Notes: generated by a model from the letters alone, not told the origin. A DNA stretch of 62,780 nucleotides, filler included, from Dugesia japonica (GCA_001938525.1; 6 parts of 6 records of this genome joined end to end with filler, not necessarily neighbours in it), one strand, 5' to 3'; positions 27,517-41,549 are shown, numbered from the whole stretch's first letter. Numbers and translations: made by a program.

Positions 27517-28045
27517 TATTGGGTTGTCGGAAAAGTCATGACACATTTTACTGTTTAAAAAGTATATTTATTTATATGAAGAATATCAATCAATAATATA
27601 TTGTACATTTCATTCAATAATGTTTTGCCATCTTTCAGCGAAATTCATAATACATCGACCATAGAAGGATTTGTCTTTATTGGGAAAAAATCAGAACAAG
27701 GTGTTGATTCATAGTCTCACCTGAATTGAAGTTTTCATTATTCAAGGAGTTTTGAGGAGAGCGCAATAATTGGAAGTCTGGTGAGTATAGTGGATGTGAC
27801 AATACATCTCATTCAAGCTCCAACATTTTTTGACAGGCAATTAAACTTGTATGTGGTTTCGTGTTGTCGTGATGCAATACAACTACTTTACGCATACCGT
27901 ACATTTCCGAATTGATTGTTTGGCTTATTGAAAGAAGCTCAAAAGACAGAACACCTTTAAAATTCCACTACATGATAGCATAAGCTTCTTTTAATGAGTC
28001 TCAGCATGTGATTTCTCTTGAGGCGTATCATCTCACCGGGACAAA
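27517..28045 (-). pseudogene. mariner transposase C-terminal remnant with terminal repeat
   Basis: TIR-like tattgggttgtcggaaaagtc; minus-strand LHHDNTKPHTS and VLSHPLYSPD. Confidence 0.85.
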
Positions 28046-28049
28046 GGCA

Positions 28050-28560
28050 GTTATTATTCTGGAAAATAAAATCATATACTGGTCATGCAACATAACTATT
28101 TTTCAGGTATTTGGCAAATTGTGGTCCTAAAAAAAAGCGGTTTTGAATCTATATAATTTGAGATGGAATTTTGATCATCATTAATTGTTTCGAACTATGA
28201 ATAAGCCAAGTGATTATTGTGATATCGGGAATATTAATTATCCGATGACGCCATGTCAGGTGAGTAAGCCAAATAAGAGAGAACTGTCAAACCCAATAAG
28301 GAAATTTGGTTCATAGTGGTCTTCGCTGTATGTGCTCGGGCATTATCATTCAGAAGAAAGACATGCATCGAATTATAGTAAACGATCAGTTAATAATCGC
28401 TTCAAGAAACTATTGTTTTTCTCATGATTAGTGAGCATGTGGCAGATACTAACCGAATGAACTTCTTTGAGTTCACGAAAAACTCAAATATCGAGCTTGT
28501 TTATGTATCCCAGTTTTTTCAAATAGTCATGAATTGGTGAATGGTAGATGTTCAAAACAA
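28050..28560 (-). pseudogene. second mariner transposase remnant
   Basis: Minus-strand LNDNARAH and VLSYLAYSPDMASSD (cf. HPPYSPDLAPSD). Confidence 0.75.
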
Positions 28561-30183
28561 CTATAGAAATTATATTGACAAAAAAATTGAATTAATTGTA
28601 AATGCATTAAGCGAAATAAACCCCAACAAACTATTATATTAAATGATTTTATTTATTCTACTTTTAATTCTAACAAAATAACATTATGCCGATAATAACA
28701 TGCGTGATCATTATTTTCGAGCAAGAATGAAATGTTATGAAAGTTACGAATTAATTCAGATTCGTTATTAGATTACGATCTTTCAACTAGTTTATTGTGA
28801 TATTATTATTATTTTATATATATACTGTTAAAAGTTTAATAAGTTTTTAATTTTATCTACAAAAAAATGTGTATCTATGTGTGTGCTTGATGCGTATTAT
28901 TTTTCCAACCTTTTTCTATAATGTAATCACTTATAAAACTTTTAGTAACATTTCATGTATATAAATCTATTTTACTTATATTATAGGCGGCCAATCAGAA
29001 TACAATAAATTTTTATAAGGTTTGTATTTTAATGAAATTTTTCACTTATTAAACTTTAAACAGTATATTATATTAATTTATTATATACGAAAATATCAAA
29101 TGTCAATAATCATTGCTTACAATAATTATTTAAATTGAATTAAATAAAATCTAAAACTTTGAAAAATTAGACAATTAAAAATTTTGAATTAAAATCTTAA
29201 TACAAACAAATCTTGTCAACGGCCGGGAAAATATAGTATTTAATTAAAATTTGAATCAAAAGAAAACTGATTAGTCTTAAAAACCGATACAAAAGATTTT
29301 TGAAATTAGAAAGATTTAGTATCAAGTGGAAATTTAAAAAGAATATACGAAATTCGTGAATTTTTCTATCGCCAAATGATTGTAGAGCTTCGTTAAAAAA
29401 ACTGTGTAAACCGATCCTTTTAGAGGCTTAATTATTATATAAGAAGAGAACGAGTAAATAAATACAACCCATAAATTATATTAACGAAAAACTAATTCAA
29501 TTTCTTAATCCTTACTCAATTAAAAGAAAGTTGAAGAAGAAAAAAATCCAATCCTAGAATCATATAATAAAAAGGATCAATACAATCCTAAATTCCAATC
29601 TATCTACAGGAGGACAACTAAAGTTTTCAGTGCTCAAAAAAACTAGTAGTAATAAAATTTAATGTTTAATAAATTTTATTCTGTAATATTGCTTAAATAA
29701 ATATTTTGGAACTTAAAAATTATTGCGAATAAACCAAAAATGAAAAAACAACAATAGATTTAACAAAACAAGTATATAGTCACAGCATTCGTCCAAAGTG
29801 TTCCTTTTGGTGACTATCTTGGGAACAACAAACCTCTACTATAGTTAAATTATCGAAATTAAAATAAAATAAGAAAAAGCATAAAATAGGATAATATTTA
29901 AAAAGAACTCAACAAAACTTTGAGGAATAATTCTTTCCATTTTGCAAACATTTTCTCGACAGGATTTGAAAACGATGAACATGTTGAAAAGAAGATATGT
30001 TGATGCATACGTTCACAAGTCTTTTCTTCAACAGAAAACGAATGATAAATCCACACATTATCCATTTGAAATACTTCATTTAAATATAAATTTAGTTATT
30101 TTGAACGATAAGTTTTAGTTAATTCCTACACTGTTGAAATAAAATGAAAAACTATATAAAGATTATATATAAAGTATTTATAT

Positions 30184-30640
30184 ATGGGCGTCCGCAGGGG
30201 AGCAAGGGGGACCATTTGCTCCCCACTAGATTTTGGTAATATTTTACAAAAATAATATCTTTTGATTGTTAAATGAATTATGTAACATGACTTCATGGTT
30301 ACTATTCTATGTAAAAAGGTCAATTTATTTACGTTCTCTGGCTAATGTTACAATATATATATATATATATATAAAGTAATTAAAAGCGAAAGTAAACAAT
30401 CCGGCGTCTCAATGGGTAAATCCCAAAGCAGAGGATTTGCTGTCATAAAATTCTTAATCTAAATTTCGAACTATTTATATCAAACTTATTTCAGAATAAT
30501 GTATCAAATGCAAAAGCACTGGCGGTGTGGGATACACTTCAGACACCACTGGGCAAGCTTACGACGCTTTCTGTGCATACCCACTAATCATTAGGGTGCC
30601 GAGGCAGCCTCATTTGTCTCCGTCCCAACAATTTAAAACT
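30184..30640. mobile_element. hAT-type MITE remnant
   Basis: Terminus atgggcgtccgcaggggagcaaggggg and GC-rich internal ccactgggcaagcttacgacgct, resembling common non-autonomous hATs. Confidence 0.55.
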
Positions 30641-32095
30641 TATTAATTTTTTGATATTAAATCATTAATATAAACTATTCAGGCAATAATTTATTAATAA
30701 AAAAAACATTGAATTATTTAAATGAAATATTAAAAATTTTCTAAAAGTGTTCTAAAAAAAGAAAATATATTCTAAATTATTATTTGCAAAATTTATAATT
30801 TTAACAAAGTAATGAGTATGTTAAAATTCAAAACAGTTTTCAGTAGAAGGTAAGAAAAAAATATAAAATTTAAAGTAAGAGAAATTATGTATTTTATTTG
30901 AAGGAAGTAAACGATTTACAAAAAAAAAATAAAATGAATTACAAATAAAAAAATTCACCGGAAATTCATGTATCTGAAAATAATTAAAAAAACAAAAATT
31001 AAAAATAAATTTTAAAATTTTAATTGAAATTTCTTTCACGATTAAATTACATAAAATAAAATAATTAATAAATTAATTTTCCACCAGTTAATTGATGATG
31101 ACCACAAAACGAAAGAATGAAATTAATTTAAATTTTGGTTATTGAAAGAAATTTTCTTTTTTTTACATTTTAGAATAATAGAAATAGAAAAAAAAATAGA
31201 AATTTTTGAAATCATAGAATACTTTATATGATTTAAATTTTTGATGAAGCTCACAAATCATACAGTAAATGTTTTTCATTGAATTCGTATGTTTTATTTG
31301 TTTTTATTATAAATCTGTCTCACCTGAATTCATTAAAAAAGNTCTATTTTGTGTTATAAAACTAAATAACCGGAACCAAAATCGTTAATCTTCAAATCAA
31401 ATATTTGGTTAACTCTAAATTATTTTTGAAATAGTTCTGAATAATTCATTTCTAACCGCAAAATCTGTGGTATGACAATTATCTATTTAAATTTTATTTT
31501 CGTTTTCAATTACAAATTTTTTATAAACAATTTTACTTATTAATCATTTTATTTATCCATGATTTTCGAACAGGGAAAAGTTTGATCGTTTTACTACTGT
31601 AATTAAATAATTGTTCATTACTTATTTTTAATTAGTGAAAACTTACGAACACTTAATAAATGAAAATTTAATTTGAAAGATTCTCGATTTTTTTTTTCAA
31701 GTGTAACATTATTTATTAATTCCATTTAAAGTAGAATAAATTGAAAACATTAGATGAATCACTGATGGACAAAGAAATTCTGTTTAAAAATCACAAAATT
31801 AATCAGTGGAAAAAAATTTGAAATACAATTAAATACTGCACTAAAAATTTTATGCATGCTTCGTAGGAAAATAAAATTATGAGTTTAGATTTACTGGATT
31901 TTAATATTATTTATCCTTATAAAAACATGTTTTACCTAGTAAATTTAACGATAATTGTCATGTTGTAACATGATTTTCGAGTGCACATATAATATCTGAT
32001 TCAGTCAACAAAACATTCAATGTATACATGTTATCAGTAATTTTTATAAAACAAAAAATTAATGTGTTAGTTCAAGCAGAAATAATAATGCAAAT

Positions 32096-32196
32096 NNNNN
32101 NNNNNNNNNNNNNNNNNNNNNNNNNNNNNNNNNNNNNNNTTAATTAATTAANNNNNNNNNNNNNNNNNNNNNNNNNNNNNNNNNNNNNNNNNNNNA
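32096..32196. other. artificial scaffold spacer
   Basis: N-TTAATTAATTAA-N. Confidence 0.93.
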
Positions 32197-33453
32197 TTGT
32201 AAATTTCAGATTTACATGCATGATAATGTTCAAATTTATTTTTAGATATAATGTTACCATTAATATGGCGGATGAAAAAATAGCTATGCGAGTGATTTTG
32301 GGATTCTTATGGAAAAAANNNNNNNNNNNNNNNNNNNNNNNNNNNNNNNNNNNNNNNNNNNNNNNNNNNNNNTGTTTCGTTTTTTAGAAATCTTTGAAAC
32401 AGAAATATAATAAATTTTTTATAAAAGAATCTGATTGAATGCAAAATTAACAAAAAAATCAGGACATTCCTACATCTCCTTCTTTTTGAGTTAGAAGAAA
32501 GATTTGAAAATATGCAAATCTGATATTAAAATAAAATTTATAAATTTAAATTAAGATTTTGTTAATAAAAAAAAATAGAAATAAATTTGTAATTTTAAAG
32601 ACAACAAAATAAACTTAATTTAAACGTTTTATAATTCTTTGCCGACTCCGACTTCGTGTAATATCTACAAATTGTAACACCACTACATCAAAGTTAAATT
32701 ATTTTACAAGAATAACACCAACGAAATAAATGTAAAATTTAAAACAAACCCGATTTTAAGCGCGACAAAAAACGATTCAAATTTCTGCTTNNTTTTATGA
32801 TTTTCTATGAATATTTTTGTAGTTTAAATAAAAAATATTTTCTTCAAACAAATAATTTTTAAAAGCAAAAAAAATACGCTTCGAATTTGAAATCAACATT
32901 CAATCAGTTCATTAGTGAATGTAAACAAGCGATTTCATTTTGTTTCATTTCAAAATTCTGAATAACAACGAAATCCATTTTAATTTCACATTTAACATTT
33001 AAGTTAAATTTTATTATTTCTCTGATATAATTCTCAACAAATATGAGAATATTTAATAGAATTTCTAAATGTGTTTATAGGATTTTCAAATGACCGCCCC
33101 GACATATTTTTTAGGTCATTTATATAAATATATAACCTAATTTAACAACTGTCGAGTAAAATTATACAAAGATTTTTATTAATATACCTGAGNNNTACCT
33201 GAGGCGGATCCAGACCGTTTTATAAGGGAAGGGCTATTTAAACAAATACTTATAATAAAAAAATATCATAATATTTATATTAATAGTATGAGTTATTATT
33301 AGTTAGTACTATTAATTGCTGCTATAATCAATATTATAAATTAGAAAATAATATATTATTGTAATAGCCTATAATAAAAAGATGAAATGCTGTTTAACGA
33401 CAGAATTGTTTGGATTTATTTGTGACAATGAAGAAAAAAAGTCTGTTGAAGTA

Positions 33454-33874
33454 CAGTGGAAACTTTCAAGAAGTGGCCACTTTTTTGGAGGTGGTCACCA
33501 TTTTACAATTTATGGTAAAAAACTAAATTTATTAATAAATCAGAACACAAAATGAATATTAAAATGTTTATTTGAATAAATACCCAATAAAAGGATTTCT
33601 TTTTTCTATGTTTCATTCAATTTTCCTATAATTCACTTTTTAAAATTTCCACATATCTAATTTATTTAAACAAAATAAATTTTCTATTATTTTCTATTTC
33701 TAAATAAAATTTTTTTATTTAATAGAAATTATTTTATAGAAGTGGTCACTTTTTATTAATAATTTTAAAGAATTTTGAGTCTAAAATTTAAGAATTTCAT
33801 TATACTTTTAGAAGTGGTCAATTTTATAGAGGTGGTCAACAAAATAGGGTGGTCACTTTTGAGAGGATCGACTG
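33454..33874. mobile_element. pogo/Tc1-type MITE with TA target duplication
   Basis: TA|cagtggaaactttcaagaagtggccac ... gtggtcacttttgagaggatcgactg|TA; subterminal agaagtggtca repeats. Confidence 0.8.
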
Positions 33875-34015
33875 TATATATAATTATTCATAATATCAAA
33901 GTTAGTGATGATAATTGTAGAATTATTATTAATAATTCTACATTAAAATAAAAATTAAAGTTAAATGATATTTGTTTAAATATCATGTTTGTGATAATAA
34001 TAATTATTTCAAAAA

Positions 34016-35455
34016 GTGTTACTTAATTTAATGTTGAACACAACATCTGGTGTCAGAAATAACAGTGACAGTTGTAATCACTGCACGTTAAGAATTCCAC
34101 CGTTTATGCGCAATGTCAAACTCTGGTTTCTGCAAGTGGAGAACTCTTTCAAACTNGCCAGGATTACTTCAGAATCGACCAAATTCCAACATCTAATATG
34201 CAATTAGCCAGTGAAAATTCTCGAAGAACATGCAACATCTCTTAAATATTCCGGTGATCGCAGCTACACCGATTTAAAAAATGCTCTTTTGGAGAAATAT
34301 GGGTTAACTCCGCAGGATGCAATTCAAAGATTTTAGAACATCCAATTCTTGGATGAAAAATTTCCTTCTACTGCTCTACGAAAACTCCAAGCCTTTGTCA
34401 AATGCTTTGACAGGAATGATGATTTGGAAACTAATGTTCTTCTCAAAACCAATTTGAATCCATGATGCTTGCCGATATTCGAATTTTGCTACTTTGCAAG
34501 AATTTTCTGACCTTATCAGAAATGGCGAAATGTGCTTATAAGCTCATCAAGATTTCAAATAAAAGAGCGTCGAGCTTGTTCAAAGTGCAAGATAATTTCA
34601 TTAAAAAATTAAATAACAGCAACAATTATGAATTGAAATCGAAACCATCCGATCAATTATGCTTTTNNNNNNNNNNNNNNNNNNNNNNNNNNNNNNNNNN
34701 NNNNNNNNNNNNNNNNNNNNNNNNNNNNNNNNNNNNNNNNNNNNNNNNNNNNNNNNNNNNNNNTAGAACCAAGCACTGTTTCCTCAACAAGTGTTTATAC
34801 AACACTAAACTCGTGCAGGCATAAATTTATTTTGTTGATTTTTATATTGAAAAACCAGCAGTAGCATTCCTTGTTGTCAGGGGAGCTTATAAAAGTATTC
34901 TTCCAAAGAAAATGTTTAAGCTGGCTAGCATTTCAAATCACTCATTAGTGTCTGAAACAAACGATCCAATATCAAGTTATGGTCTCAGAACACTTTCTTT
35001 CAGAATCAGTAACCACANCACCCCAATGACTTGGGAATTCATTGTTGCAGATGTATCCACACCTATATTGGGTGCTGATTTCTTTGCATATCACGATGTT
35101 GATAATAACTGCAACAGTAAATGCATATCATTTTTTATTTTCGGCTGAACTATACCTGGACATTCTAGACAATATGATATGATAATTGCAAATCAAGTGA
35201 TAAAAAATGATCATTTTAATATACAGATGAATATTAATTCGAAAGGTAATCTATTAGCACAAAAATCTCGACGATAATTTGGAGACGAATTCGATGCAGT
35301 AAAAACAGAATTCGATCGTGTTCTAAGAGCTGTAATAATTCACCCTAACAACAGCAAGTGAGCCTCACAACTTGTTGTCGTTAAAAACAAGATGGATCAT
35401 GGAGACTCTGTGGAGACTACAGACAATTAAATGAGCTAACCATACCAGATAAATA
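34016..35455 (+). pseudogene. Ty3/Gypsy gag-protease-RT remnant
   Basis: LRIPPFMRNVKLWFLQVENSF...ITSESTKFQH (gag); FLVVRGAYKSILP and WEFIVADVSTPILGADFF (protease); DGSWRLCGDYRQLNELTIPDK (RT). Confidence 0.92.
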
Positions 35456-35505
35456 NNNNNNNNNNNNNNNNNNNNNNNNNNNNNNNNNNNNNNNNNNNNN
35501 NNNNN

Positions 35506-37021
35506 GGGGGCTCTACCATTGGAACGAGAAAGAAAAGTAATTTATTATTTATTTCTTATTTATGTTATAATTATTCGTAAACTGATAAACGGAAAACTGG
35601 GGTGATGCTCATCACTTGCTGGCTGGGCTGGTATTGGTGATCATTACGATCCAGAGATCCAACCATATGATTTGAAAGTTATTTATGCTCATAATAGATA
35701 TGATTTGAAAGTTACTTGAAATTACGAATTGAAAACTTATGATAGAGTTATTATAGAAAATACGGAGGAGATAGTAATGATTAATAAAAGAGATAAACTA
35801 GTATTGGCAATAAGGAAATGGATGATGTGGTTATAGTTAAATCATTACATTGTTAGAATACGGAAGACAAATTTAAATATGTTAAATGATATTAGGTGTG
35901 GTGGTTGAGTCTCATCTTAATTTTAATCTAATGTTAATGTAATATATCAATTATTCATGTCGTTGAAAATATTAATCAGGTGTTTATTTTTTCTTATTTT
36001 ATTGCATTATAATTCATAAATCATTCATATTTTAAATTTTTGTTTATGATTTTAATTTGGTAAATGCAAGGTAATCTTTTAGAAAGATTATATAGTCGAT
36101 GGATCAATCGTCATTTGAAGGGTAATGGGTCTCTGGAAGTATAATAACTGAAGGAACTATCAAGATGAAATTTCACAAGATACAAACTACTTAATGAAAG
36201 AGGGTGATGGTGACATGTCACTAATGTTATGATAATACCTAATGTTATGATATACCTAGAATACTTAAATCCATCACGAAATCGGTGGAAATCAACGAAT
36301 GGCAACAGGATCGGGAGATGGAATTAGTATCTCTACTGATTCGAGAAACGGAGCTGAATAGACATCAACAACATCTCATCCGGACAATGCGGGCGACGCA
36401 AACGAAAGCCGAGGAATACGCCAAGTTATCAGAACGATTATCAACCAATTACTNCTACCATTAGACGAGACAGAGAAAGATACAGCAGTATGACTATTAT
36501 TTCATCAGTGATATTTTGTTAATCAGCATTATAGTTTCACTCTTATCCTTTTGCGTTTTTATTGAATAATTATACAGAACAAGTTTACACCATCACAACA
36601 AAAAGAGAGTAAACTCGATAATGAAATATTCTTAATCTTTAATTATAAACCGCTTATAAATTACATTAAAATTGCGAACTTAAAAATATAACGGATATTA
36701 TACTTCTCAATAATTTCAGTGTCAAAGATAACAGCAGATACATCAATGGCCGATATTAGAAAGAAATGGTGTTCCATCCAAATAAAATTACAAGCAAAAA
36801 TTGTCGAACTACAGAATAGGAACTCCACTCTACACGTAAAGAACGATAAACTTAAGGAGTGAGATCTTGCTCTGTCGCAATCATATCAGGCGATGGCTGA
36901 CATTATCAAGGCTTATGCGGACAGAGAAGGAGTTCTGATAGCAACAGTAAGAACATTAACACAGGTATCCAGACCAAAAAAAAGAAGAAATAGAGGGGAA
37001 GTCATCGATTTGGACGATTGA
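35506..37021 (+). pseudogene. decayed multi-exon coiled-coil gene of unknown function upstream of a PPT/LTR-like boundary
   Basis: GC-richer blocks bounded by intron-like AT-rich GT...AG segments; peptides IPRILKSITKSVEINEWQQDREMELVSLLIRETELNRHQQ and KITADTSMADIRKKW...RPKKRRNRGEVIDLDD*; AATAAA at ~37038. Confidence 0.45.
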
Positions 37022-37168
37022 ACGATTTGTATTTAAAATAAAGTTTAGTTATAAGAAATGGTTGCAATTCATAATTTATTAATAATAAATCGAAATCGAA
37101 CTAAATCAGAGCCAATGAAGCCAAAATTGAAAGTATAAGACGGGATACAGCATAGTCCCACTGAATTC

Positions 37169-37420
37169 GGGAATGGGGGATCGTGTTGCTAGAGAAAGCA
37201 ACGCAAATTTCTGGGGTTACTAAGTATCACCCTTCAAACAGAAATCAACATTAAGAGAAGGAAAAATTTTAATTATAAAAATCAGACGAACAACAATCAG
37301 AAACAAGAGAATCAAGAGAAAGTGTCNACAAGAAAGAAATCAAAAAAATAATCAAAAACCTCGAAGTTCAACATATTGTTATAAAATGAAAAAGCCATTC
37401 AAAAACGGAAAACAAATTCA
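37169..37420 (+). mobile_element. putative polypurine tract (37169-37180) and LTR start (TG at 37184)
   Basis: ttcGGGAATGGGGGAtcg|TGTTGC; shares gaacaacaatcagaa with the LTR-like sequence after 62236. Confidence 0.5.
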
Positions 37421-38024
37421 TTTGAAAAAAATAGTTGGTGTAATAAAAAGATATAAAAATTGACTAAATCAGTAAAATCAAAAATTAATATTTTAGTTGT
37501 TGATTTGTGATTTTTAAACAAAAACGTTTTATAAAAATCTTTAATTAAATCTTAACTTGAATTTTAACTTTTAACAAATTATTTTTCAACATTTAAATTG
37601 TTTGTAGTAATTTGTTTAAAGTACTTTTGTAATGATAATACAAATGAAAGAAAACAAAAAAATTTTTTGATTAATATACGCAGATAAGACTTAATTTAAA
37701 TTTTATACAATAAAACAACATCAAAGCATAGAAAATTCTTTATTTTTTAAAATAGTGTAATTATATAAAACATTGCTAATTTACCGACTTAAAAATTTAT
37801 AAGTTGCTTTTTATCGAACCTACACTTTTGTCAGTGTACAATATTTAATAGTAAATTACGAATAAAATTTTACTGTAATAAAATTTAAATGAAAAATATA
37901 AATCAATGTTTTTTCTAAAATTGTGAAAAAATAAATTTTCAAACTAATTTTGTAGTTGTATGTAATTAATCATTTACAAAAAGTTTGATAAATATATTAT
38001 GAATTATACTATCATAATTCAGTA

Positions 38025-38670
38025 GAAATCTGTAAAATTCGGTGACAAAAAGACTGGCTTTTCTCATGCCTAATATCAATGAGATTATGGATACGTTGGA
38101 CGGAACAAGGTATTTCAGTTTTATTGATTTTGGGTGTTTTATTACCAGGTAGAGTTAGATGAAGAATTCCAATGAAAAACAGATTTCTCCACAAAGCAAA
38201 GCAATTATTGTTTTAACCAGATACCTTTTAGGATCTCTGCGGTGCTATAGTTATTTCAGGAGGCGAAAGATGAAAGTGATTGAGGTATTAGAGAGTACTA
38301 TGGTATATTTAAATGATATATTGATTGTCTAACAAGTGTCAAGTCATATATCAAAATATTGATTTATGACAAGGGTCTGAAGATAATTTTTGAGCCAGGC
38401 TTAAGATTAAATTTGAGAATAAAGTTTCCTGGCATATTATTGGTGAGAAATGATCCATGCAAGATAAAAGCTATAAAAACATTCGAAAGGTCAAACTGTT
38501 ACACTGGTTTTATGTTGTTTTGAATTGTGCAAAGAATTTAATCTAGATACTGATGCTAATTTTGACACAGTTTTAACAGTAAAATTTCAGGGGGAAAACA
38601 ATGGAAAAGCAAGAGTCATTGTATATGGATCGCATTCCATGACGAATTATGAAAAAAGCTTTTACATCAA
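38025..38670 (+). pseudogene. Ty3/Gypsy RT-RNase H remnant, heavily deleted
   Basis: MPNINEIMDTLDGTRYFSFIDFG, VYLNDILI, LDTDANFD, RVIVYGSHSMTNYEK; similar to the 21100-22810 remnant. Confidence 0.85.
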
Positions 38671-38935
38671 TAAATAATTTTTGAAAAAGTTATTGTTTAT
38701 ATATTGGTTCAGAGAGATTCTTTTAAATAAATCGTATGAATTCAAGTTTTAAAATTTATTTGGAAAATGTTTTTACAAAAACTTCAGTGTAAACAATTAC
38801 AAAAAATGATAATTAAATAATTACAATTTCCAAGTGATTTACTCATCAATATTTCCTTTTGTATAGTTAATTTATTTAGGATGTCAATTTAATCTGAAGA
38901 AACTAATAATGCAAATTACTAATGTATAATAATAA

Positions 38936-39600
38936 AAAGGTTGCCAACCATTCTTTATTTTAATGGACAGTCCTTTAACTGAGCTTTATAGTCCATGTCC
39001 TTTTTATGAATTTAGAAAAGACGTCAATTTTNNNNNNNNNNNNNNNNNNNNNNNCCCTAGAATAGTAAAGTATTAAAACAAACTAAAAATTAAATAATTA
39101 CTGTAAAATAAACATTTGCGCACCTCATTCGTTTGTCATATGTGTTTATATACTGGCCCTGTTCAAGTTTCCAAAAACCAAAATTTTTATAATGTACTTT
39201 AAAACGTGGTTTTAAATTTAAGAATATTTTGTTTTTATTTTTCATCAAATTTTACAAAACGTTTTTACAAATTTTTAACTTAAAAATAAATAATATTCAA
39301 CAATTTTGATATTAAAAATCTATTTTTAAATGGCTTGGTTATAAATTTGAAATTTATTTGAAATTTTTCGATTCATTTAATAAAAACGGTTAAGCCACTT
39401 AAAAAATAATGCAACATAAAACAAAAAATATAGGTTTCTAATTTTTAATCTAAAAGTAAATTATAAAACTATTAATGTTCAGTAAATAGTTTTTTTTATT
39501 GATAAATCATTGAACCCTCGATAAAGGAAAAGAAGCGTATGTGTTCATTTAACAATAGGGATGCCAACCATCCTTTTTTTAAAGGACAGTCCTATAACAT
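38936..39600. mobile_element. two copies of a hAT-like MITE end (TAGGGATGCCAACC)
   Basis: aggttgccaaccattctttattttaatggacagtcc (~38938) and tagggatgccaaccatccttttttttaaaggacagtcc (~39556). Confidence 0.55.
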
Positions 39601-39843
39601 GTGAATTTATTTTTGATGAATTTCTTTTATTAAAATTTTTCAGAGTTGACACAAATGCTTAACATAGTGTGAAATTTAGTTAAAATAAAAAATTATATCA
39701 CGAAAACTATATTAATACCAAAAATAATTCATCTGAAGGACAATTGCGATTATTGCGAGAATAAATGTTAAACGTAACCATTGATCGTGTTTCAGAATTC
39801 ATTAAAATTAAAGCTTTGATTAACATTTGTTTTTTCTATAATT

Positions 39844-39880
39844 CAATTCTATATTTCGACTTTGTCTTCGTCAGGAGTTG
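39844..39880 (-). ncRNA. minimal type I hammerhead ribozyme, opposite-strand partner
   Basis: Minus strand CAACTC-CTGACGA-AGACAAAGTC-GAAA-TATA-GAATTG; one stem I mismatch. Confidence 0.7.
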
Positions 39881-39897
39881 ACTTTTTGAATTGAAGT

Positions 39898-39934
39898 CAA
39901 TTCCTGACGAAGACAAAGTCGAAATATAGAATTG
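39898..39934 (+). ncRNA. minimal type I hammerhead ribozyme (Penelope-type)
   Basis: CAATTC-CTGACGA-A-GAC(aaa)GTC-GAAA-TATA-GAATTG: perfect 6-bp stem I, CUGANGA and GAAA cores, 3-bp stem II, minimal palindromic stem III. Confidence 0.75.
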
Positions 39935-41549
39935 GTATCAAAAACCAAAAAAACAAATTTTGATCGATGCTTTCATTTTAAATGAAATCTGATGGATTTC
40001 TGATTTTTTTTCATAAAAATAAAAAAGATTAATTTTAATTTTCTTTAGAAGTATAAACTGGTTTTCAATAATAAACGGAAATGAATTTGTTTTTCAATTC
40101 ATTTTCTCCTTTGATCATCTAATTCCATCAATATATATATATAGAACAGCAAAATTTAAAGAGAGATTGTAAACGAGACAATAACAAATCCATTCGAATA
40201 AATTCATTATGCTCGTTTACACGTATCAGCCTGTTTCTTTTCATTTAAATTGCTGAGATGAAAAGAATCTGCTGCTTGTTCCATTAAATACAATCGTATT
40301 TACTAAATCATGAAAATTTAAATTTTCTAGATTATTTGAAAGTCTTTTTATTTAAGACCTTTTTTTAAATTTATAAGAGCTATAATAAGTACGTGCAGGA
40401 GTAATAATAAAGGGAAATAACTATCCATGACAATTCTGATTTCAAATTCAGATCTGAAGAAATCTTTTAGAAATTCTTGAGAACCAAGAAAACAGACCTT
40501 TCTGGTAATAAAAATAAAAGACGTAACAATAGTAAAAAGTAAAAAAAATAAAATGACAATAGATGTTTTGAAAAAAGAAATAAATAATAAATCACCACCT
40601 TTCAAACCATTTCATATTGCTTAATAATAATCTTAGGTTAAACCATTCTAGATTTCATATTTATAGTCAAAGTAATGAGGAAAGGCGTTTTTTCCCCAAA
40701 GAAATGTTTACATTTAAATAAATAGATTAATTCGTTTTCAAAAAAAGTTAAGTCAATAATTGAAAACCTAAAATTCTAGTTAATTTCTGCAATCTAGAAA
40801 AAAGTCAATTCTGTTATTAGAAAAGAGAAAGAATTTCTTTCATCAAAGGTTGCACATCGATTTAGTTAATGTGCCAAATAAGCTCAGTAAATGCGACGCC
40901 AAATACTGGTAATACGCAAAATATCGGAAATCAAAATCCAATATCTATGAAATGATTACAAAGAAAATTAGATGGAATAAGAATATCATCCGTAAAATCT
41001 GTAGTACTCAAACATATCGAGCTGTTTTCAGACATTGAACACCGTACAGAGTTTTATGGATCGTTCAAATGCTAAAAAGTTGCTTACAAAAAAACACTGA
41101 TATGACAAAAATTATTAAGTAAAACTTGTTCAGGTTTCCATGATAAGAAAACCCAAATTTANAGTTAATAATTAAAATAAACAGTTCGAAGGATNAATTT
41201 GTAAAAAATAGCAAATTATTCTAATTAGTCTTCTCAAATCAGCCTAATTTTAATAAACCAGGTTTAAAGTGAACATTTCTGACAAAAAGACACGAAAATA
41301 TAGATAATTTTGCTTCCAGAAAAATGATATAATTTCCTCAGTTATATCAGATTATTATTTAAAATATTTATAAATTAAAATAAATTTTCAAAATAAAACA
41401 AAATTTTATCAAAATAAAATTAGAATTTTTAATAGGTGATTTTATATTAAGTTGCTGGATTCTCTTTTTTATTTGAATTTTATCTCTATTCTTGTTTAGT
41501 TGATTCAACGAAAGACATAATTAACTTCTAATATTTTTAATCTGATTTC

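Larger units (their letters stand above)
39741..39991. mobile_element. palindromic Penelope-like repeat copy D (most complete)
   Basis: Long imperfect inverted repeat centred ~39889 with a hammerhead in each arm. Confidence 0.8.

Noticed and set aside
40348-40605. 85-aa hydrophobic ORF
   Set aside because: Explained by T-rich composition; no motif or gene structure.
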